Assembly (NCBI GenBank): GCA_050949565.1 | Contig: JBMNFY010000007.1 | Coordinates: forward strand, 96,001 to 160,000 | DNA: 64,000 nucleotides | From: Kiritimatiellia bacterium | GTDB taxonomy: Bacteria; Verrucomicrobiota; Kiritimatiellia; RFP12; UBA1067 | Direction: 5' to 3' | In this document: one piece after another, positions 10,179 through 16,966 of the stretch | Position numbering within the stretch: position 1 is the first letter of the stretch | Layout: every line of letters starts with the position of its first letter | The notes under the pieces: model-generated | What the model was told of the DNA's origin: nothing | Database searches by the model: none | Seen by the model: the letters and a program-made list of their open reading frames with translations, nothing else | Program-made: the position numbers and the translations under genes

Positions 10179-11137
10179 GGCTGTGTATGCCAGCAGCGCG
10201 AACGGTGGCTGTCGGCGTCGTCGGTTTCAGGGGGTTGTTCGGCGTGGCAACGCGCGTCGGCCTGTGCGCAGCGCGGCGCAAAGGCACAACCGGCGGGCCA
10301 GGCGTCCGGCGAGGGCACGGTGCCGGGAATATCCTGCAGCGGAGCGTTGCGCGGTGCGTCAAGCATCGGCACCGCGGCGAGCAGGCCGCGCGTGTAGGGG
10401 TGGCGCGGGTTCGACAGCACGTCGGTCACGGCACCGGACTCTACCACCTGCCCCGCATACATCACATACACGCGCGTCATGCGCCCGGCGACCAATCCGA
10501 GGTTGTGGGTGATCAGCAACACCGCCATGCCGTCGGCGTCAGCCAGTGTGTCAATCAGGTCGAGCACCTGCTGTTGGGTTGTGACGTCAAGAGCGGTGGT
10601 CGGTTCGTCTGCAACCAACAGCTTGGGACGCGCGGCTAACGCCATGGCGAGCATGACGCGCTGCTGCTGGCCGCCGCTGAGTTCGCACGGGAAAGCGCGG
10701 GCCGCGCGGGCGGGATCTGGGAGTCCAGTCCGCGTGAGCAGTTCAACGCAGGCGTCGCGGTGCGCGGCGCGCGGCAAGTCAGGCAGGCATTCCGCGATTT
10801 GATCTTGTACGCGCATCACCGGGTTGAGGCTTGCAGAGGGGTCTTGAAAGACATACGCGATACCGCGACCGCGTACGCGGGTCAGGGCGTCGGGACTGAG
10901 CGCCAGAGTGTCCGTGCCGTCAAACAGCACACGTCCCTGCAGGCGGGCGCGATCCGTGGGCGAGAGCCGCGTGAGCGACAGGGCGGTGAGACTTTTGCCG
11001 CAACCGCTTTCACCGACTACAGCGACGCGCTCGCCGGCCTGGACGGTCAGCGAGACATCACGCACAGGCGTGGTCAGCATTCCGTCACGTCGGAACGTGA
11101 CGGAGAGGTGATCAACTTGGAGTAGGGGATGGGGCAT
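10166..11137 (-). CDS. Oligopeptide/dipeptide ABC transporter ATP-binding protein (OppD/DppD-like)
   Basis: GESGCGKS, LSGGQQQR, DEPTTALD, HPYT and C-terminal GCAFAPRC. Confidence 0.92.
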   Translation of the reverse strand: MPHPLLQVDHLSVTFRRDGMLTTPVRDVSLTVQAGERVAVVGESGCGKSLTALSLTRLSPTDRARLQGRVLFDGTDTLALSPDALTRVRGRGIAYVFQDPSASLNPVMRVQDQIAECLPDLPRAAHRDACVELLTRTGLPDPARAARAFPCELSGGQQQRVMLAMALAARPKLLVADEPTTALDVTTQQQVLDLIDTLADADGMAVLLITHNLGLVAGRMTRVYVMYAGQVVESGAVTDVLSNPRHPYTRGLLAAVPMLDAPRNAPLQDIPGTVPSPDAWPAGCAFAPRCAQADARCHAEQPPETDDADSHRSRCWHTQPCHS

Positions 11138-11164
11138 GATTAGGCAACTCTCAACTTTCAACTC

Positions 11165-11401
11165 TTAACTCTCAACTTTCAACTCTTTTTCGTCCCCGTC
11201 ATCTTTTGTTCGCCGCCGATTTCTGGTTGTTTTGAGCCTCAAAAAATAATCGATTAACCCCAGAAGAACGATACACGTCCACAACACGACATGCCACTTC
11301 AAACGGCTGGAAGCTTGGGAGTACATGCGATAGTACGAGCTAACCGTGTTGAACAGCGCTATGGCCACAGCAATGATCCAAATGATTGTTCGCATTTTCA
11401 T
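11165..11401 (-). CDS. Small two-TM hypothetical protein, AT-richer
   Basis: 78-aa ORF with two hydrophobic segments and a basic tail. Confidence 0.55.
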   Translation of the reverse strand: MKMRTIIWIIAVAIALFNTVSSYYRMYSQASSRLKWHVVLWTCIVLLGLIDYFLRLKTTRNRRRTKDDGDEKELKVES

Positions 11402-11416
11402 GGGAAACTCGTAGAT

Positions 11417-11548
11417 TCAATTTTCACCGACTACAGCGACACGCTCGCCGGCCTGGACGGTCAGCGAGACATCACGCACGGGCGTGGTCAGCATTCCGTC
11501 ACGCTGGAACGTGACGGAGAGGCGATCAACTTGGAGCGTGAGTGCCAT
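11417..11548 (-). pseudogene. Truncated duplicate of the OppD-like gene 5' end
   Basis: Encodes MALTLQVDRLSVTFQRDGMLTTPVRDVSLTVQAGERVAVVGEN*; about 113 bp nearly identical to ~11009-11122. Confidence 0.85.
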
Positions 11549-11938
11549 GATTTACCTGCCTTTCGCCGACGCGGTATACTCCCAGATTTCGAACATGGCG
11601 ACATGGTATCTTTTGCGTTACATAAATCAACAACTTTTTTATTCCGCGTGGTAATCGGTTGGTGACAGGGGGGTGATGCTTGGTTTTTTTATCACACGAA
11701 GGCACAAAGGGCACGAAGGTTTTTTGGGGGCATGGCCCGGGTTTGTTTAACCACGGAATACACTGAACACACGGAAAGGCACAGCTCTGCTGTTTCACGC
11801 GAAGACGCGAAGATTGGAGGGCGAGTGGTCCCCACGAGCCGCCTTCCACTGTGCGGAAGGATGGTTTCAGGGTTTATTGCGGAGCGCCGGGAGGGGCAAG
11901 CGTCTGCTTGCCCGCGGACGAGCAGACGCTCGTCCCTC

Positions 11939-12634
11939 GTGCGCCCAGCATGGGCATGTACTAGTCAACTGAAAGGAGTTGATCGCAAAAGCAGTGACAG
12001 CAAGCGTAGCGAAACGGCAAGGCCGCGACCGCAAGGGAGTGAGCTGAAGGAAGCCGATAGCAAAGACACGGCCGCAGGAACACGAACGGGCAGTGAGGCA
12101 TGGTCCGGGCGATGAGTGTGCGAGGAAACACGAAATCCGACAGTCACCGAAAGACGCACTGTGTAGAGCCCGGCGGCACGGGTCGAAAGTACATGCACCT
12201 TACCTGGGGAGGCCCCGTGCGTGAGAGCGGACGGGGAGTCAGCAGAGGCCGTAGTAGTGAAGAGGCCCGCCGAAAGGCGGGAGGAGCGAAGGGCCGAAGG
12301 ACAACGAAAGTGCGGTCAGCCGACCGCCTTGGAAGCATGGCGAGGAGGGATGTGAAACAAAGGGGCGCGACAACTACGGTAGCCACCTCTGCGGCGCGGC
12401 GGGTCGGAGCCGGTGGATTCCGGTTCTGTCCAGTCGCACGCGGCCTGAGTCAGGCTTTCAGCGGCATGGAGGTGATGGATGATGCACAATGAAGCGAACA
12501 TGGCGTTGCCACGCCGTGGGACTTCGCGGGGGCGCGTCAGCGACCCCCGCCGTGTCCAACCGCCGTATGCGGAAAACCGCACGTACGGTGGTGTGGGAGG
12601 GGCACGGGGCGCAATCCCCGTGCCCCCACCCGAT
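11939..12634 (+). mobile_element. ORF-less group IIC intron (696 nt)
   Basis: 5' GTGCGCCCAGCATGGG; conserved CCTTACCTGGGGAGG, AGTCAGCAGAGGCCGTAGTAG and GAAGGGCCGAA blocks; short domain V ACCGCCGTATGCGGAAAACCGCACGTACGGTGGT with a CGC triad (~12559-12592); domain VI hairpin ending ACCCGAT; sits 3 nt after a hairpin; no RT ORF. Confidence 0.92.
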
Positions 12635-12746
12635 CCTGGCGGCGGTCACGCCGCCACCCCGTAAAAAAATCTCTGCGCCTCTGTGTCTGCGTTAAAAAAC
12701 TTTCAACGCTCAACTCTCATTTCGGCACTCACAAGTCAGGCGAAAG

Positions 12747-12878
12747 ATTTGGAGTGCGGCGGCAAGCGGTATTCCGCGCGACGCCGCTTTTTGAGCAGTG
12801 TTTTTCCGCGCGTGGCGCGGAGGGAAAGCGGTGCCGCGACCCGCGCACAGCGCGGCTCTTGTCACCGCACTCCAAATT
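12747..12878. repeat. REP/MITE-like element (TTGGAGTGCGG family), second copy
   Basis: Terminal IR TTTGGAGTGCGG...CCGCACTCCAAA; inverted relative to 9214-9340. Confidence 0.85.
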
Positions 12879-12969
12879 TTCCGCCGCGCCATGCGCGGCA
12901 CAACCTTTTGCGCCCGCGCAGCGGAAAATCATGTCAATCCTGTCAATCGTGTCAAAAAAAACATCCTGC

Positions 12970-13057
12970 TTTTCACCAGAAACGCATAATCCTCGCGCCC
13001 CCCTGTCACTAACCGCGCGATTACCGCGCACTGTAATCGGTTGGTGACAGGGGGGGG
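12970..13057. repeat. Compact inverted-repeat element CCCCCTGTCACTAACCG...CGGTTGGTGACAGGGGG
   Basis: Arms recur at 11651-11673, 13241-13289 and 16779-16828. Confidence 0.8.
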
Positions 13058-13093
13058 CATGCGAGTCGAGCGCGTGTTTTGTGCGCATGCAAA

Positions 13094-13225
13094 GGTGGCG
13101 TGGGCGTCCCGCCCGCTCTGTGAAAGGCCACTCGTGATTCCGGCGCGCGGTTTGGTTTCGAAATGAAATACGCGCATCACCCTTTTGCAAGGCACGTTGT
13201 CGCGGGCGAGGACGCCCACGCTACC
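13094..13225. repeat. REPIN-like inverted pair (GGTRGCGTGGGCGTCC...GCCCGC)
   Basis: Inverted units at 13094-13116 and 13202-13225; related single unit at 16843-16866. Confidence 0.7.
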
Positions 13226-13289
13226 TTCTCACGGCCCCCCTTTTCACCAGAAACGCACGATCTTCGCACCCCCCTGTCACTAACCGATT

Positions 13290-14699
13290 CGCGGTCCGTC
13301 AAATAGAAAAGACACCGTAGGTTTTTTTGAGGCGGTGACGATCCGTCAAATACTGGACACCGAGGGGGTCAAGGGACGAGGGGCTGGTCAACGGCGTGAA
13401 GGGCGCGGAACCCGGGGTGGTCATCCCTTGCGCTTCGCGTTTGGCGAGCTTGTTCTGCTTGCGCAGGATCAGCGCGTATCGGCGGCGGATGTCCTCAAGG
13501 AGGCGGATCGGATTGGTCTTTTCGCGGAGCGCGGTAAGACGCCGGATCACGGCGGGGTCCGCGTATCCCGACGCAATCACCCTGTCGAGGGGCGTGGCGG
13601 GCTTGTCGTAACGCTTGGAGAAGCCGTGCGAGTCCGGCCTTTTGGTTTTGGAGATGAGCCGCTTGCAGGGGCGGAAGAGGTTGTTGTACAGCGATATCTT
13701 CGCGCACAGGACGTCCATGTCCTTCTTGAGCTCGAGGCGGTCGATGCGCTCGTAGCCGAAATACTCGCGGACGACGGAGGCGTTCTTCTGCTCCACGCGG
13801 GCGTTGTCGTTCTTGTTCCCGGGGCGGGAACGGGTGAAGGCGAGGGGGCGGGGGCGGTCCCGCGCGTAGCCGAGCACGTGGGCGTTGAGGAACTCCAGCC
13901 CGCTGTCCGAGTGCATGGCCGTGAGCGGGAACGGGAACGCGGCCTCGGCGTCGGCGAGGCCTTCCTTGGTCGCGGCCGCGCCGCGGTTCCAGACGCAGCG
14001 CAGCTCCGTCCACTGCGTCAGGCGGTCCGTGAGCGTGAGGATCCAGAAGAAGTTGCCGCTCATGTCGCCCCCGCAGAGCGCGACCGTGTCGACCTGCGTG
14101 TCGCCGGGGGCGGCGGGCGGCAGCGCCTCGCCCGGGACGCAGGGGACGCTCGACGCCAGCGCGTTCGCCCCGCTGCGGCGGTTGCGGCGGCGCGGGGCCT
14201 CGCGCGGGTGCTTGCGGAGGATGCGCTCCATCGTCGACGCGCTCATGCGCAGAACCTGCGCCGCGGCCGCCTCGTCGACATGCTCGAGCTCGCGCAGCGC
14301 GGCCATCTGGCGGTCCGCCACGGTCACAAGGTACCGGGGCGTCATGCGTCCCGAGGCGCGCCAGAGACGCAGGAACAGGGCTTCCGCCCCGGGCGTGTAC
14401 GTCTTCCCGCGCCCGGCGTGATCGCGGTACTTCCGGTTGCCGGTCAGCAGCCGGATGGCGTATTTGCGCTCGGCCCCCGTGACCTGGCAGAAGTCGTCGA
14501 TCGCGGCACTCTTGGCCTTCTTGCTCTTCAGTTTTGAATAGGCGCGACGCTTCGCGCCGACGTATCCCATCGTGGCTTTCCGTGACATCTCGTTTCTCAT
14601 GCGAGCCGATTCTAGCACGGTGTCCAGTATTTGACGGATGCGCTTGATTTCCGGACACCGCGATTTTGGCTACGGTGTCCATGACTATGACATACCGCG
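13290..14699 (-). mobile_element. Insertion sequence (1410 bp) with integrase-core DDE transposase
   Basis: Imperfect IRs CGCGGTnnGTCA...GACACCGTAG; inner IR CCGTCAAATACTGGACACCG; 4-bp TSD GATT (13286-13289 and 14700-14703). Confidence 0.8.
13299..14600 (-). CDS. Transposase, rve/integrase-core DDE type
   Basis: TQVDTVALCG, HSDSGLEF, FTRSRPGNKNDNARVEQKN. Confidence 0.88.
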   Translation of the reverse strand: MRNEMSRKATMGYVGAKRRAYSKLKSKKAKSAAIDDFCQVTGAERKYAIRLLTGNRKYRDHAGRGKTYTPGAEALFLRLWRASGRMTPRYLVTVADRQMAALRELEHVDEAAAAQVLRMSASTMERILRKHPREAPRRRNRRSGANALASSVPCVPGEALPPAAPGDTQVDTVALCGGDMSGNFFWILTLTDRLTQWTELRCVWNRGAAATKEGLADAEAAFPFPLTAMHSDSGLEFLNAHVLGYARDRPRPLAFTRSRPGNKNDNARVEQKNASVVREYFGYERIDRLELKKDMDVLCAKISLYNNLFRPCKRLISKTKRPDSHGFSKRYDKPATPLDRVIASGYADPAVIRRLTALREKTNPIRLLEDIRRRYALILRKQNKLAKREAQGMTTPGSAPFTPLTSPSSLDPLGVQYLTDRHRLKKTYGVFSI

Positions 14700-14722
14700 G
14701 ATTACCCGCGCACTTACGTTGC

Positions 14723-16171
14723 AAGGACTTTCCCCAAAAAATCGGGGGCAATTATATCTAAGTCCTTGAAAACAAAGGGGATGCGTCTCTGACGGGCGTG
14801 CCTGAAAGTGAAAAAGTGGTTTTCCTCCGCCGGTTCTGCCAAAATGGCGGTTCAACCAAAAACCAAAAACCGGAAAGGAAAACCGACATGAATCATAGCG
14901 CAACGGCGTTCAAAGCGCGAGAGCAACTCAAGAATTTTTTGGGGGAACTTTCCCCCCGGTTTTCCAAGCCGCTCGGCAAGTTCGTGGGCGACATGGTCTA
15001 CGGGATACAGGCGTCGCAGGACGTGAAGCTCAGCCGGATCGCCCGCGCGCTCGACGAGCCGATATCGATGAAGAAACTGGAGGACAGGCTGAGCCGGATG
15101 CTCGGGAGCGAGGGCATCGAGCAGGGGATTTCCGACGCTGTCGCCCGTCTGGGCTCGCGTCACGTCCATCAGGACACGCTGATCGTCATCGACCCGACCG
15201 ACATCCGTAAGCTGTACGCGAAGAAGATGGAATATCTCGCCCGCGTCCGGGACGGGAGCACGGGGGAGATCGGCAACGGATACAGCGCCTGCCTGGCGGT
15301 CGCCTGCGAGAGCGGCGGCCGCCGGATCACGCCGTTGCACATGCGGCTGTGGTCGAGCGAGGCGGAGGGCTTCATCAGCCAGAACGACGAGGTGCTCGGC
15401 GTCATCGACCAGATCAGCTCCCGCGCGAAGAAGCGCGGCATCTACGTCATCGACCGCGGAGGCGACGGAGACTGGCTGTTCGACGGCCTGGACCGGCGCA
15501 AACTGGACTACATCGTGCGCCTCGTGGGCAACCGCAACCTGCTCCACGGCCGGCGGACCGCGCTGGCCGAAGAACTGGCGGCATCCTGCCCCATGAAGCA
15601 CATCGAGATCGTCACGAGGGAGACGGGGGACGGGGTGAAAAGCTATAAGCTGGAGTTCGGCGCCATGACCGTCGCCCTGCCGCAGAGGCCCGACAAGCCC
15701 CTGCGCATGGTCGTGGTGAAGGGGTTCGGCGAGCGGCCGATGCTCCTGCTGACCACGCTGGCCGGGACGACGTCGCGCAAGTCCCTGTGGCAGGTCGTCG
15801 AGGGCTATCTGACGCGGTGGCGCGTCGAGGACGCGATCCGCTTCGTCAAGCAGAGCTACAACCTCGAGGACATCCGGGTCCTGACGTACCGGCGCCTGAA
15901 AAACATGGTCGCTCTGCTGCTGGCCGTCATCTACTTCAACTGCGTCTGGCTGGCCGGACGGCTGCGCTGCGAGATCCTGACGACCAACATCACCCACGCC
16001 GCCAAGCGCATCTACGGCGTGGCCGAGTTCCTCCACTACGCCGTCGCCGACGGCCTCGGGAGGCTCTTCACGCGCCACGGGAAATGGTACGGCTACAAGC
16101 CGCCAGACCCCGAATCAAACCCGCTCGGACTGGTCTTTCTGGAATGACCAGATTTTTTGGGGAAACTCCTT
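14723..16171 (+). mobile_element. IS4-superfamily insertion sequence (1449 bp)
   Basis: IRs AAGGA(C/G)TTTCCCCAAAAAATC; 9-bp TSD TTACGTTGC (14714-14722 and 16172-16180). Confidence 0.9.
14888..16147 (+). CDS. IS4-like DDE transposase
   Basis: IDPTD, IDRGGD and YLTRWRVEDAIRFVKQ (YREK-type motif). Confidence 0.9.
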   Translation: MNHSATAFKAREQLKNFLGELSPRFSKPLGKFVGDMVYGIQASQDVKLSRIARALDEPISMKKLEDRLSRMLGSEGIEQGISDAVARLGSRHVHQDTLIVIDPTDIRKLYAKKMEYLARVRDGSTGEIGNGYSACLAVACESGGRRITPLHMRLWSSEAEGFISQNDEVLGVIDQISSRAKKRGIYVIDRGGDGDWLFDGLDRRKLDYIVRLVGNRNLLHGRRTALAEELAASCPMKHIEIVTRETGDGVKSYKLEFGAMTVALPQRPDKPLRMVVVKGFGERPMLLLTTLAGTTSRKSLWQVVEGYLTRWRVEDAIRFVKQSYNLEDIRVLTYRRLKNMVALLLAVIYFNCVWLAGRLRCEILTTNITHAAKRIYGVAEFLHYAVADGLGRLFTRHGKWYGYKPPDPESNPLGLVFLE

Positions 16172-16220
16172 TTACGTTGCGCATGGACGATTAGAAACGA
16201 ATCGGGTACAATGTGTTGAG

Positions 16221-16781
16221 GTGCTGGGTTCTCTCACACAACTAGCTCAATGCGATCCGGCCAAGTACAATCCTCGCCTACAGGCCCTCCTTAAACCACA
16301 GTTGAAGCAGACCAACAAGAGTGTTAAGGATATCCTGCTAGCTGTCTGGTCGGCGGATCTGCGCGATCTGGCACCCGCCTTAGAAAACATCGCCACTTCC
16401 TCACCTGACGACTACGAGGACGAAAGAGCCCGCAGTTGCGGAGGCGAAGTGCGTGCTATTGAAGGGCGTTTTCATTTGGCCAGGCAGATTCTGTCCCTGT
16501 GGAACGAAGAAGATGCGATGACTCGGTGCAGATTGTTGTTGGCTTTCGGATTCAATCATGCGTACGAGTTTGTTGAAGAACCGGTACCTGAACGGCTGGC
16601 CCGCATGAAGATCGAACTTGCCAAGACAGCACAGGCGCTGACTTGTGATGAGCGGAAGGAAGCGACCGACTTCCTTCAGTGGTATCAAGATGAACACATC
16701 AACAAAGAGAATGAACCGGTGTATCGTGATCGTCTCGTCAAGTTCGCCGCATTGGCCCAAGCCGTGCTGAATCTCCAGTAA
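16221..16781 (+). pseudogene. Hypothetical helical protein, probably a 5'-truncated fragment
   Basis: Frame stays open back to the IS TSD; no clear RBS; stop abuts the inverted-repeat arm. Confidence 0.5.
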
Positions 16782-16891
16782 TCGATCAGTGACAGGGGGG
16801 ACGAGGGGCATGCGTTTCTGGTGAAAAGTAGAGTAGAGAGTCGGGAGCGCGGGCGTCCTCGCCCGCAACAACGCGTCTTGCAAAAGAACGG

Positions 16892-16946
16892 ACTATTACC
16901 TATTGCTTATTACTTATTACTTCTTACCTATTACTTCTTACTTCTC
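16892..16946. repeat. Degenerate heptamer tandem repeat, (C/T)TATTAC-type
   Basis: ctattac ctattgc ttattac ttattac ttcttac ctattac ttcttac. Confidence 0.85.
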
Positions 16947-16966
16947 TCCGCCCAGTCCACTGCTCA

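Noticed and set aside
11009-11548. Diversity-generating retroelement TR/VR pair
   Set aside because: Differences are few and not adenine-specific, the repeat is at a gene 5' end, and no RT is present
11732-12695. Short ORFs overlapping the intron as a possible RT/maturase
   Set aside because: No RT motifs such as YADD; the frames cross the structured RNA
16184-16212. Promoter-like TGGACG-17-TACAAT before ORF 16221
   Set aside because: Lies within the still-open upstream frame of the truncated gene and could be chance
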